A DNA stretch of 64,000 nt, from NCBI GenBank assembly GCA_013239625.1, contig MU054187.1, forward strand, positions 22,075,280 through 22,139,279, given 5' to 3'. The notes under the pieces were generated by a model, which worked only from the letters and a program-made list of their open reading frames with translations, had not been told where the DNA came from and ran no database searches. How positions within the stretch are numbered: position 1 is the first letter of the stretch; every line of letters starts with the position of its first letter. The translations under genes were made by a program, and so were the position numbers. The DNA comes from Lama guanicoe (lineage: Eukaryota). This document shows, piece by piece, positions 24,800-38,124 of the stretch.

Positions 24800-25230
24800 T
24801 GAGAGAGAATGATAGGAGATTCAAGAAATTAAACAGGAGGCTGTCGTAGAGCAGAAATGGGGAGAGCCTGGACTGCAGCTCTGCAGGGCAGACAGAGAGA
24901 AGGACACGGATGCAAAAGGTACCATGGAAGTCATGGCTCTAGGACATGGTGACTGATCAGATGTGAGGGTTGGGGGAGAGGAAGGCAGTCAGGGTGGTGC
25001 CTAGATTTTCAGGTTGGGAAGGATTGGTGCAGGCATTCCTGAGAGAGGAATTCAGGGCTCAAGAAGATGAGTTCAAATCTCACCATGCTAAGTTGAAGGT
25101 CCCTGAGGAAATTAAAAGATGTCCTGCAGACTGTTGGATTTGTGATGTGAGACTTCAGGACAGAGGTCTGGGCAAGAGAGATGAATTTCAGTGTCACCAG
25201 CCTATAGAGGGTGGTTGAGCTTTAGAGAAT
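24800..25230 (-). mobile_element. L2 fragment
   Basis: 'ggacatggtgactgatcagatgtgaggg...gagaggaaggcagtcaggg...tgctaagttgaaggtccctg...ctgttggat'. Confidence 0.7.
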
Positions 25231-28200
25231 AAGGACTAGGGACGATTAATGTGATGGTGATACGTGATGTGTGTTTTCTCAGTCCAGTAAGTGGCCTGAG
25301 TGTGGGTGAGCTTTCCCCAAACACCAGCATCACTTCTCATCTTTGGATATTCTGACTCACTGTGCTGCTACCAGGCTGTCTACAAATATAGTCAGTGCTT
25401 AATAAACATTTATCAACTCCATGACCTCATGCGTTTATAAAACTGTTTGATCAACAGAAAAAAACATTATTTATCTCTAGAGATTTCTGTGAATTATCAG
25501 CAAGTTGTCATGAGAAAACCACTGGTCTAGGAATTAGAACATCCAGGCTTTGTTCTAATTTTTGCCACTTACTTGTATGTGATCACGGGGAAATCCCTTC
25601 CCATCCCTCACCTTCAGTCTCTGCAGCTATAAAATGATGGGGTGGGACCTCTTTGGTTTTAATATTTCTATATTGCCCATAACTTTCAAAGGGAAGTACT
25701 GTATACCTCTCACTGGACCGATCAGTTTCAACCAATAGTTTATAACCCATTAAAAATGTCCAGTGTGCAAAACTCTTCCTAACCAGCAAAATCTAACTAG
25801 TAAAGGAGGATTTCTTCTCTGTGCCTAGTAATTTTCTCAGTAAGAGAATTTAATTGTTATGTGGGTTCTAACAATGCAGATAGGCTAGCGTCTGCATTAT
25901 ACCTCAGATAAATGGTGATCCCCAAATAGCATGTTTGTTTATAACTAAAGAGAAGAGAATGGACTGAAAATGGAAAAGAACGAACTATGGCAAACGTGCT
26001 GCGCGGAAAATATTTTGAGGAGAACTTCTGGCTCATACGCAGTTCATTCACTGATGCTTGTTTATTTGTTTGTTTGCCTGGGGGGAAAAATAGCCCTGGG
26101 GAGACTTCTGCACATCTAATAATAGAGCCTGAAGGCTTGCAACAGCACTTCTTTAAATATCTTTCTTTAATTTCCTGTCTCTTTACACGGAAAAAGGAAA
26201 CTAAGGCGTAATTTATTGTTAATTGCTTATTTTTGCTTAGAGGTTAAATAGGCAAGGCTCAGAGTGTTTGGTGTATTTCTAAGAAATGTTTGCCTTATAA
26301 GTTGAATCATGGTGTAGCCCTAGGATATATAAAAATGATTAACTAGTTCAGTTAAAACAGAAAAAAACGTTGCTCAAAAAACCTCAACCTCCAGCATTTT
26401 TTTTTTAAAGCCAGTGTTTAGTATATTTGAAAAGTTATAAATGAGTATGGTTAAACTGAGGTCAGTAGCATTTTAGGTGGAAATTTTAAAAATATCAGAA
26501 TGGACATTCTCTTGTATTACAAACAGAAAAGCTTTTGTTTGACCCAAAGTAAAATGTCGTTGAAGTCCTGAGCAAGATTTAATTCAATTTCACCTAATTT
26601 TCCACCTTGATTTTATAATAATCTAGAAGCTAGAATAATTTCTAACGCATCCAAAAAATACATTAATAAAATAAGATAAACATTGGTATTTGATTCATCC
26701 AATTAAATTGATTAACCACTCATCTGTTCCTTAAACAGTGAAGTGGCCCAAGTAATGAACCAGGAGACAAGAATAACACAATGACAACAGAAACCAATTT
26801 TGTGTTTAAACATGTCTGGGAGAAAAGTGGATTAAACAAAGGTGAGAATGTTTCCTTACTGAGAGACTTTTCAGAGCCCTTCTATGCTAATGAACATTTT
26901 CACTCTTCAAAGAGTTCGTAAATCCAAATGAGTTTGGCCGTGGAAGCTTTTATCCCTTTCCCAGCATCTCTCCAGACGAAGGAGCCACAGAAGGCACACT
27001 GCTGCTTCCCAGCCTTTATGGTCCATCCCTGCACTAACTGGCCAAGTTCAGGACCACAGCACATCAGGGCAGCCCTCTAAGACCACTTTTACTGAATTGG
27101 CTTTGGCAGGCCCAAAGTACAGAGCTTTAAAAAAATCCTAGATGTGTGGCTGTTTTTTGTAAAGGTATCTCTGAGAACACTGTACACAGTTGAGTCTTCT
27201 TTAGGAAGAGTCGTGGGAGAAGTTCCTCTTAGTTCTCTGCCCTGAGAGATGCTGACCTCGGGCCCCTTGTCTTTATTCTCTGCATACAGTGGATCAGCTT
27301 TCCCCTTAAGCATTAGCTGCTACACTATTTAGAGCCAAACTTGTGTCTTTCCTTTTACAAATGTGCAGGAAGGACCTCATATGATTTGTTTTAAACTTAA
27401 CCTCATTCCTGACTTCTCTCTTACTTCCTCTCTGATTTATTTCCCCAATCCCAAGATTTTACTTTGATTTGATTCAGTCATGTTGTACGTCTTTTTTTTA
27501 GGCTGTTTACATCCTTTCTGGGTGGGGAGGGAAGGGGCAAAGGGGAGGGAGTGAGAGGAAAGGAAGGAGACACCTACCCTGTTACATGCCTCATGAATCC
27601 TGCAGGTTCCTCTTTCCCACGTGTAACCACAATCTTAAAGTAAAAGTGAGCAAGAAGTTTTTGCAAACAGGTAGCTTGCAAGAAACTTCTGGGGCATGGA
27701 AATTTGTTTCAAGCGTACCAAGGAACCTGAAAGAGATTAGATTAAAGAGAGGTGGGAATCAAAGCTCACTGATTGTAATAAGAGGGAAAGGATAGTTTTG
27801 CAACAGGGCAGAGCAAAGATGGATTCTGCATCAAGGGTCCCAAACAGAGTAAGGTCACAGATTAGCCCAGGAGACGGGGAAGGGAGAGCTGACCTAATTG
27901 GCAGGAGAAACGGGAATGAGGCATTTGATAAAAGACGTGACAGGACTAAGCAGTGTCTCTAAATCAGAGTTCCCTGCAGCCAGGAGAGTCACAGAACAAA
28001 GGATTACTACACGCTTGCAGTAATAACGTTTTATGAGCACCGAGCCTCACTAGTATATAATTTGGGTTTGCCCGCATGTGCACTAACTTATAATTCTACT
28101 ATTGCTATGTCACTCCTTAACATCACCACCATCTTCTGTGTTGAAGTCAGTAAAGAGGAGCATTACTCCTTCAAACTGTAATTACCCTGAGTTTCACCTG

Positions 28201-28910
28201 ACTTTGCTTCTATATTGAGCTGAGGCAGAGGTAGTTTGGCTTGAGAAAGAACTTAATCATACAAACAAGAAACGAAAGAGATGAGATAAACAGAGAAAAA
28301 TCTCAACACTAGAAGGGATCCAAGCGGTCGTCTAAACCAAACTCCCCAAATTATAAGGAAGAGACTGAAGCTGTCCAGAAAAATGACTCAACATTGACTC
28401 AGTTTCTAAACTCTCGTTCAAAGCAATGTAAATTAACAGTAAACAAACAAAAACCACACAAAATGTAGTTGCGTATCAGGAATAAGATGAGATCCAAGTT
28501 TCCTAAGGACGTCCACAAGGCCCAGCTCTGATGGGGCCCTCCGCTGGGTCCAGCCTCACTGCTGGCCCCCTTCTCCCTCCCCACTCAGATCAGTTTCCCT
28601 GGGGCCCCACCCAGCGGCAGAAGCAGCACGGGGTGGGGGGGGGCCTTTCCTGATGCTGTACGTCACTCCAGCCTTGGCTTGACTCATTCCATCTCTGTGA
28701 CGTCCTCGCTTTTGCTTCTTCATCCCTTTGCTTGTTGACTCCTACTTGGTCTTTAATGCTCAGCCTGAGCTCTGTTCCATTCTGAAAGTCTGCCCCTGAC
28801 CTGCCTCCATCACCAGCCAAGATGAGGCACCTTCTCTGCAGTGTTTGAGAACATGATCAAACTGCCTGTGTTTGAATCCTGTCCGAACCCCTTATTGTCC
28901 TGTGTGGTTA

Positions 28911-29457
28911 TGTTACCCCAAAAGGGGAAAAGACCCCAGTTCTGGTCTTAGCCGAAAGATAAGAATTCAGACAGGAGATGAAATGTTGTGTAGTGAAAGG
29001 TTTTAAAGGATTTATTAGTAAAAGGAAAGCACACCTCCAAGAGCAGGAGGCAGCTTGATTCAAGGCTGGATAGCAATGGTCTCTGTTTGTCCCCTTCTCT
29101 TATATCCTCGCTTAGAGGGGGTCTCTTGATTGTTTGGCAACTCTTGTCCCTGGAGTGCTTAGTCATGCTCGTCCCATTCTGCCCATGTCCTTACCCATGA
29201 TGCACACAGGAAAACCCATGGTGGGGCCTAAACCACAATGTTCACTGCATCACAGTTAGCACTGGGTCATGTCTGGTTAGGTCCTTGTCACTACTGCACA
29301 GTTGCAGCTGCCGGGTTCTAACTAATTTCTTGCTGGCACTCATTCAGAGGAAGTAAAGCCCCTTTATGCCAAAGGCAGACATACCACCGTCTTCCAGACC
29401 AACCTCCCTCTCCCCCACCTATCTGCCCAGTGCCCCCACATATGTAACTACCTAACA
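28911..29457 (-). mobile_element. ERV solo LTR inserted in a MIR (same family as 56717-57258)
   Basis: tgtta...taaca termini and minus-strand AATAAA near 29012. MIR continues on both sides (28850-28910 and 29458-29630). Alignable to the reverse complement of 56717-57258. Confidence 0.85.
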
Positions 29458-32384
29458 GTCTTGGGCAAGTCTCTCTTTGCCCCAGTCTCTGCACCTGTGA
29501 AATAGCAATAATAAAGTATCCATTTCTAAAAGGACACTGCTGTATGTTAAAAGAGCTCATGCCTATAAAGCTCTTAGAAGACTACTTGGAACACAGGAAA
29601 GCACCCAAGGAACATTAGCTGCTACTATGATTATCTCTGTTACTGAGCTTAGCAAAACGTAGGGGAGATCCTTGAGGTCAGAGAGACAGACTGAATCATC
29701 TCTTTCTCCAGCCTCTAACACGGCACCTGGCACATAGTAGATGTTCAGAACATGGATTAATAAAGGAATGGATTAGGAAAGGCTAAATTTTGGATGATCG
29801 TTCAGTTTGCAGAGAAGACTTAGGTAAGACATATACTTGAAAACTGGTGGTACAATGAAGTGGTTAAATAGGTCAATCACATTCTGAGGCAGGCAGCTCT
29901 GGCCTTACACCAGAGTGCTGAAGCTTTCTGAGATAGTCTTTTTTCATACAATAAACTCTTAACTTACTAGAATCCACTTGCTGGGTCAAGAGAACAAGAA
30001 TGAGAGTTTAAACCATTTATCCATTGTATCACAATTGGCTTGTGGCCTCTTTTCACCTGCCTAAAATTTCTATACACAATCTCTCTTTTATTAATGTCAT
30101 TAAGACATCATTATTGTGTTGTTAATACATTCAAAGGGCAACTTTAATAATAAATATTAATTTAATTAATGTGTTGATTATATTATAGTGTTAATGTCAA
30201 TTTGATATTCATATTAAATATTAAAAGACAAGTCAGAAAGGGTATGTTTTAAATGGAACTATTTCCAAAACCAAGTAGGAATTGACCTCCTGTATAAATA
30301 TTTATATTCAAGGAAAATCTTTCCCACCTCTTCCTCACTGAATAGTCAGAATAGATGTTTATCAGCAGGAAGAAAGGAAAGAATTATGAGCCGTAATTGT
30401 CACTAACTACCCCTGTAACAGAATAGACAATGAGAATAATCTATGGCTGTGTTTCATCCTCATTTAAAAGGGAAAAAACAGTTTCTCTGTTCTGTTGTAG
30501 CTCTGACACTGTCTCATGAATGAACTTTTGTCCTTGCCTGGCTGTTGTTTGGTTCATACATATGCAGACTGGAGTTTCTGTAGCCAAATATGGAAAGTTT
30601 AGTGATCACGAAGATTAATGCCAGTGTGCAGACTACAGTCTGACAACACTGACAAGGAATAAAAGAAAACATATCTATTGTGATTTCTAGTTTGAGGAAC
30701 ACAGTGCAAAATTATAGCTTATAAGAACCTAGTCCTTGTTTAACTTGGGATATAAAGAAAAACAAAAACCCCAAAACTCTGTTGATTGTTGGTCCTTTGT
30801 CAGACAGAGTCTTAACTTTGGAACAGTCTACAGGGAGGTGACTGACATCCAGCCTGGTCATCTGGTCTACCTCTGCACATTTATGCTATCACCCATTTTG
30901 TAACCTCCCTTTGGGAGTTTAGTGATCTTTCCTAGGGTAACCTCCTTCATTTGGTTCTTTCTTTGGCCGAAGAGATGAGAAACAAGAGCCTTATGTACCC
31001 AGATCCCAGAAGACCTTAGAATCCAGTTGAGATTTGGAGAGAAGAGATTTGCCAGAGGTATCAGCACCAAAGCTCTTGCAGCGCCTTTGAACCCCCCAAA
31101 GAAGTTTAAATCCATACCCAGAAGCCTTGAGGTAGAGCATGACTTTTGATGAGCAAAGATTAGTTTCATAAAAGTTTAGAAATGGCTTGAGTCTCCTTTG
31201 ATTCTTTGGTGTCTACCTCTCTCTCATGATCAGCCTCACCAATCTCTCCACCACTACTAGGACTTTCATTATCTTTTCCAAAAATTACTTTAATAGCTTC
31301 ACTGACTTCGAGTGACACAGGAATTTCTATTAATCAATTTCTTTCCCTTCAAAATTGGGTTGATTTGAGTATCCATTTCAGACGGGTGATGTCCAGATTA
31401 AATTATAATAGATAATCCCAGTAACCATGTGAAACTTGACACATAATAAATGTTCAACAAGATACTAGAAATATAACACCCCTAATGCATATTTTGGTGT
31501 GCTTGATTTCATAAAAATAATGCAAGTTTTTGGTTTTGAGATTTCCATGAAAGAGTGATTTTGTTGTTGTTGCTGCTGACACAAAGTCTCTTTTGCCCAA
31601 ACAAAAGTTGAGTCATGGTGGCACAGAAACACAAGAGATGCATATGACCCAGTAATTAAGCTTTGGAGTAATGACTTCTGGTCATTTTAAGAACTGTAAT
31701 CATAATGTTTAAATGTTTGCAGAGAAATTATCAAGAGACCATGTACTGAAAAGGACATTTATCCTGGAAAACACTGGAAACTTCATTCATAATGTTGTTT
31801 CTAATAATGAGGATTGTGTCAGGAAAATGCTAAAGGTTTTTATTTCTGATTTCAGAGGCTTAAGGTGGTAACAACCTGAAAAAGAATCAGAATGAGTCCT
31901 CAGCCAAGTTAGTAACTGAAGACAAAGATAGTGAGGTCTCGTCTCATTGGATGACCCAGTTTGGCTTGAAGGTTCTCTTATAAAGAATGGTATGCTTTTG
32001 GGGAAGGGGTGGGAGCTTAGAGTGCCTGTACAGTTCAAACTGTGCAAATCAAAATTTGATTTCTTAGCCTAATAACTGCTTTATTGCGTGAGGGACAGGT
32101 GGTTTGATCACTCTCAAATTCAGTTTCAAAATCTACTGAACTCTAAGCTCCTAAGTGTGCTTCTATGTGATATAGATGAGGTAAGACTGAGATTTCATGG
32201 GACTTTCCAAGATGTTTAATTGCTTTTCCTATTTCTCAACCTGAGCATATGGGTTAGAGCTAATTAGAATAAAGATGAGATAGACTGATTTTCTCCTTCC
32301 AGTCAAAACTGAATTTATGGGATACATTTTACAGGAACAGTTTGCCAGATTTCACTAGATTCAAGACTTTTTTTCCCTATTTTT

Positions 32385-33830
32385 GTGTTTTTGTTTTACA
32401 ATATAGTGATTTTTTCCTGTATATTTCAAAATGATCACCATAATAAGTCTAGCTATAATATAACACCACAAAGATATTACTGAGTTATTGACTATATCCC
32501 CCACACTGTACATTTTATACCTGTGACATTTATTTTGCAACTGGAAGTCTGTACCTCTTAATCTCCCTGACCTATTTCCTTCCTCCTGCCAACCCCCTCT
32601 CCTCCAGTAACCACCTGTTCATTCTGTGTCTCTAGCCATTTCTGTTTTGTTATGTTTGTTCATGTTTTGTTTTTTAGATTCCACATATACATGAAATTAT
32701 ACAGTATCTGTGTTTCTTTGTCTGACTTATTTCACTTAGCATAAAACACTCTGGGTCCAGCCATGTTGTTGCAAATGGCAAGATTTCATTCTTTTTTACG
32801 CATAATATCCCATTGGGTATATACACCATATGTTTTTTTAATCCATGTATTTGTTGGTGGGCATTTGGGTTACTTTCATATCTTGGCTATTGTAAATAAT
32901 GCTGCACCAATCATAGAGGTGCATCTATCTTTTCAAATTAGTATTTTTCTTTTCTTTGGGCAAATACCCAAGAGTGGAATTATGGTTTTGATTTGCATTT
33001 CCCTGATGATTAGTGACATTCAGCAACTTTTCATGTATCTGCTGGCCTTCTGTATATCTTCTGTGGGAAATTATCTGTTCAGATCCTCTGCTCATTTTTT
33101 AAGTGGATTGTTTGGGGTTTTTTGATGTTGATTTGTATGAGTTCTTTTTTATATTTTGGATATTAACTCCTTATCGAATGTATTGTTTGCAAGTATCTTC
33201 TCCAATTCAGTAGGTGACCTTTTCATTTTGTCAATCGTTTCCTTCACTGTGCAAAAGATTTTAGTTTGATGTAAGTCCCATTTGTTTATTGTTGCTTTTG
33301 TTTCCCTTACCTGGGGAGACTTACACCCTCCTCCAACAAAAGATTACTAAGACCAGTGTCAAAGAGAGTACTGCCTATGTTTTCTTCTACAAGTTTTATG
33401 GTGTCAGGTCTTACATTTAAGTCTTTAATCCATTTTGAATTTATTTTTGTGCCTGGTGTGAGAGAGTGGTCCAGCTTGATTCTTTTGTATGTAGCTGCCC
33501 AGTATTCCCAGAACCATTAGTGAAGAGTCTGTCTTTTCTTCATTTTATATTCTTGTCTTTTTTGTCATAGATTACTTCTCCATGCAAGTATGGTTCATTT
33601 CTGGACTCTATTCTGTTCCATTAATCTAGATGTCTGTTTTTGTGCCAGAACTATACTGTTTTCATGACTGTAGCTCTGCAGCATAGTTTGAAACCAAGGA
33701 GCATGATGTCTCCAGCTTTGTCCTTCTTTCTCAAGATTACTTTGGCTTTTTGAAGTCTTTTGTGTTTCCATACAAATTTTAGTTCTAGCTCTGTGAAAAG
33801 TGCAGTCTGTATTTTGATGGGGATTGAATT
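32385..33830 (-). mobile_element. truncated L1 (ORF2 3' part plus partial 3' UTR) with an internal deletion
   Basis: Antisense L1 motifs 'gacttatttcacttagcat', 'ggttttgatttgcatttccctgatgattagtga' and 'gtcttacatttaagtctttaatccatttt'. Confidence 0.93.
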
Positions 33831-34684
33831 TTTTCCCCATGTTTTTAGGATGAGTTTGGCTTGCTCCTGAGTGTCAGTACAGTATTCAATTTGGCAAGTT
33901 TCTTATATTCCCAAGTGATCCCGGCCTTTCATTGTTTGGAGAATTGATTTTCATTAGCTCCAGTGGGTAAGCAGTTCTCACTTCAGTTAAGCTGAAGACC
34001 AACATGACTAGATGCTTTTGTTCCACCCTTTCTTCCTTCAAAGGGCAAAGGGCAATTTCTCCACTGAAAATCAATAGGAGGGTTTCAGACTAAGAGCTCT
34101 GTGCAAAGAGAGCTGATCCATGAACAACCAAAAGAATGGAGCCAGAAGAATGGTTGGTTCATTTTTGTTGTAATACACAGTTACTTATTACAGGTGTGCC
34201 TATTGAGGAGTTAGAAATAGAGCAAAGAATTAAATAGCCCCTGCCAACAAAATCATTTATATAGGTAAATAGAAAAGTCAGTGTCTGATAAAGAAGAAAG
34301 CATTTGAGAAAAGAAAGCCCAGGTAGAGTGACTCAGAAGTTGCAAAACGCTGAGCTGCTTAAGAGCACCAGTAAGCCCTTGCGGTGGTTTTCCCTGGAGG
34401 TCTTCCATGCTGCTTTCACCTACTGACGTGATCTGAACACGTCTTACGCTTCTTTTATTAAGCATTGGACATTGTACATTTTTCTAGTTGCCACAGTCTA
34501 AATGTCAAATTAATCTCGAACTTCAGAAAAATCTTGTTTTAGGAGAGTAGGTGGAACCTATTTGGAAGAGCCTTTTTTTTTTTAACCCTTTCATTAATTT
34601 TCTAAGTTTACAGCTTAGAACTTAAGTCCTAGAAATTGAGAACGGCAAACAAGTCTTGATTTCTTCTCAGTAGGTTTGTTCTTC

Positions 34685-34850
34685 CCTAGTGGCATATATG
34701 CAGTGACCTTGAAACCTTTGTATGTGTTATTAGACTGAGCAATTGAGAAGGGAGATACAAACAAGAGAGATCATCATGGGGTGGAAATGAAACTGGAGGT
34801 GTCAGTATAAACTCATCATTTCTGATACATATATATGTATATATGGTGGC
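34685..34850 (+). mobile_element. old L1 (L1MC-like) 3' UTR fragment
   Basis: Alignable to 40960-41100 ('gaaa(c/t)tggaggt...gtataaactcatcatttct'). Confidence 0.55.
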
Positions 34851-35074
34851 TTGACATAAAGATGGCCACACAGAGGTTTGGGGGTCAATTACTACTGAAG
34901 CATAAGCTAGCCTTATCTGATTCACATGCACTTGGTTAAAAAAATAATAAAGTACTTAATAATGAGAAACCACTATTCCCTTTCTAACCCCTCCCCACTC
35001 TCAGGGACAACCAGTTTTTAACTCCTTTAACTATTTCTTTTGATAGCCATCACTAAATTATATCTTATAATTCC

Positions 35075-35430
35075 GTCTAGGTCCATGCATGTTAGTGAGG
35101 GCTTCAGCAAGGTGTCTGGTTAAGTATATTGTTAAAAACACAATAAAACCAACAAAAGACTGATTAATGAATAAATCCAAATTTGAGTGCTATTCTATAA
35201 TGGTACAGTCCCAGTGTTCTATCCAAGACAGGTTTTATGTGTGTGTATAAACTTTTTTCGTCAGTGACTTCGGTGAGGATGTGTGTGACAAATTAACAAA
35301 TTTATTAAACCAATAATCACTGAGATGACATGAAGGTAGAAGGAAAGAAAATGTTAGAGAAATTGACTTTAAGGTTATGATAAACAGATCTAGTAAGACA
35401 AAATGTAATGAGGTAAATAAATATTTATGG
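35075..35430 (+). mobile_element. possible CR1/L3 LINE reverse-transcriptase remnant
   Basis: 'cccagtgttctatccaagacagg...aactttttcgtcagtgacttcggtgaggat...aacaaattt' resembles the CR1 'GVPQGSVL...FNIFINDLD...KFADD' region, but is highly decayed. Confidence 0.4.
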
Positions 35431-37074
35431 TATCTAAATATATAAACAAATATTTAAGCAAAATACAAAATAAAACTCATTTCTACATTTTATGCAATAT
35501 GCTTCTATAATATGTAAATACTAAATAAATGTTACATATTCATACAGTAACATAAAAAGAAGTACATAAAAGGTAAATAGAAAATCCATCATCCCATCAG
35601 TAATCACAAGTTCAGGATAGATGCTCATGGCTAAGTAGTTCACATGTGAGAGTCACTTTGGTGTTGCAGTTGCCTTCAAACCTTAAAAAAGTGACTAATG
35701 CAAGGGAACTGAGCCCACAAGTAATGTGGTCTAAGCTACACACATTTTATAGAGGCCAGAACAAAGGAAGTGGTCTTTCTTCCCCACAATTGTATACATA
35801 CTGGAAAATCATTGAATTTCTATGTATATTTCAGGGAAGCACATCTTTAGGGTGTTTGGCAAATTTTAATATCAAGAAGAGAGAGGAAGAGAAAAATCAG
35901 ACAATTTGCTATGAAGAAGAAAGGCCTCTGAAGAAAAAAAAAAAATTCACTCGAGAGACCTTGGTAAAGATCACTGGGTTTATAAATGCAGAAGATGAGA
36001 CACATTTCTTTGCAGCTCAATAGAACAGAATAAGCAGAAAATCATATGCACTCATACATATGGTCCTGTGTACCTCAAAAGGTTTGCAAAAGAGGGAGAA
36101 GATAAAGTTTATGTTAATGACTTAACTCAGTGCTTGACACCCTCCAACCAGTCAGTACGCAATAGATGGTGTTGGTGTTGTCTTTTCTACACAATGTTGT
36201 TTCCTAGACCCTTGTTATTCACCCTCCTACTGATCCAAGAACAAATATAAGTATCAATATACATTCAGACTTCAATTAATTGTTATATATCTCTTCATAG
36301 AAGTGTATGGCAATCAAGGAGACAAATGAAATTATTTAGAAAGTCAATGAGACCGAAACTTATTTCTATTACTAATCACAGACATTATCCCAGTGATACT
36401 TCTGCCAAGAGACACTGCTCCTAATTCATTTGTCCAGAGTCTCTAAGACTTTGGCCAAGAAGAGTAATTAATCAAGTTTTCTTTCATCGAGAAGAGCTGT
36501 TCTTATTTTTATTATTTGGATTTGGTAAATCTAAATTCCCTGGATTTACTTCTGGGAGCTATTTTAGACTCGTTACGGTGTTATTTCTTTATTGAACTAA
36601 ATACTTGACAAGACTGCCCTAAGCAAATTTGCTATTCGTATTTATGTAGCTTAGTAATGTGACTCTGGTGGCTACATATTTCCAACAGAAAACATCACTG
36701 AACCATTCTACAACTGGTTAATGAATAACTTTAATAACTTAACTAGACTGAAATAATTGCCTTGCATTATAGTGTTTCCTGAGTCATTAAGCCTCAAGGG
36801 CATTTATTTGATCACGTTTTCCTGTAGTATCCAAGACCATCTGTGACTTTTTCCAGTTAAGAAAATGAATACATATTTATAAAAATTTTCAATCATCCAA
36901 GTTTATGGTAAGTCTGATATATATATCTCAACAATAAGTAAACTTTAAAAGACATTATCTTTCAATTTATCACTATCATCATTAAAATGAAAATAGTTAG
37001 AAATGACAACTTTTATCATAGCTAATATTAAGAATTAATACCAATTTTAACTTCAAATTAATTCTGTGAAAATC

Positions 37075-37925
37075 TGTGGCAGCCCCAGGAGGTGGAGTCC
37101 TGCACCACACCCTCCCCCAGAGCCTGTACCCTAATGGCAGGTGAGCGGGGCCGGCTGGTCCCAGCTGTTCACAGGTCAGTCTGCACACAGAGCCTGGCCT
37201 GGGGCCCTGGACTTGACCAGCATGTGCAAGGGCCCAGGGAGGCTGCAGAAAGGGCGGGGGCGGGGGGGGGTCCTCCTGAGCTGTGTGCTCCTGCCCGGTT
37301 CCCCTAGCCTAAGCCAGCAAGGCTGCAGAGCCCCAGGGTGTAACCTTCCCCAGCCCCACTGAGCTGCCCGAACTAGAGCAGCTACACTACCCTGAGAAGC
37401 TGCTGCAGCACATGGCCCCCAGCCTGCAGCTGGAATTCTCAGGGCCCGGGCTGTGGGCCTGGCGCCGGGGCAAGTGCAAGGTCTACTGGGAAGCGAGTGG
37501 GCCCCTGACCCTGAGCTCTGCCAGCCCCTGCACCCTGGCCACCTGCTGCCCCGGAACTGCGACACCCCCATCTTCGATTTGGCACCTTCTTTCAAGAGCT
37601 GGGGGAATTCCGGGCCCGCCGGCGCGGGTCTCCCCACACGCCACCATCTACGTAGACTTTGGGCAGGACCTACCCGTGGGGAGGTCCAAGGAGGAAAACT
37701 TGGTCCTGGTGAAGCTGGAGCTGTGGCTATGCCGGGTGTACCCGGAGGGCTTGCAGTGCCAAGGAGTGTCCTCCCTGGCCTCGGCCTGTCCAATTCCAAC
37801 AGCCTCTAAGATGTTGGAACTGGAGCACTTCCTGATGGAGGTGGAGCAGCCTGCCTAGGGAAGACCTCGGATCCCTCCCGATCCAACAAAAAGCGGAGAA
37901 CCAGGGGGTAAGAAAAAGGAAACAA
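37075..37925 (+). pseudogene. IRF7: IRF7 retro-pseudogene, 5'-truncated (IAD and C-terminal half only), apparently semi-processed
   Basis: Across frames it translates to GALDLTSMCKG, FPSPTELP..QLHYPEKLLQHMAPSLQLE, GKCKVYWE, LLPRNCDTPIFD, FFQELGEFRARRRGSP, TIYVDFGQDL, LVLVKLELWLCRV and LEHFLMEVEQPA*, all colinear with the IRF7 C-terminal half. Several frameshifts; decayed signal AACAAA at 37885-37890; A-rich remnant near 37910-37925. Confidence 0.93.
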
Positions 37926-38124
37926 ATTACTGAGTTCCAGCTACAAAGAAGAGCTATACAGTGCATCGTCACGTCATCTCTCTTAATTGAATTATTCAAA
38001 CATTATACCTCCCCCCCAAAAGTGAAGAAAATGTGGCACTGTAAAGCCTTTGGAATTGTAAGTTGTAAAGCAGGCAATAGATTGAATTGCAAAAGTGAAA
38101 AGAAGATCCAGAAGAAAATGGAAC

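Noticed and set aside
37176..37799. 207-aa minus-strand ORF, the longest in the window
   Set aside because: It is the antisense frame of the GC-rich IRF7 pseudogene, with Pro/Gly/Arg-biased composition and no recognisable family.
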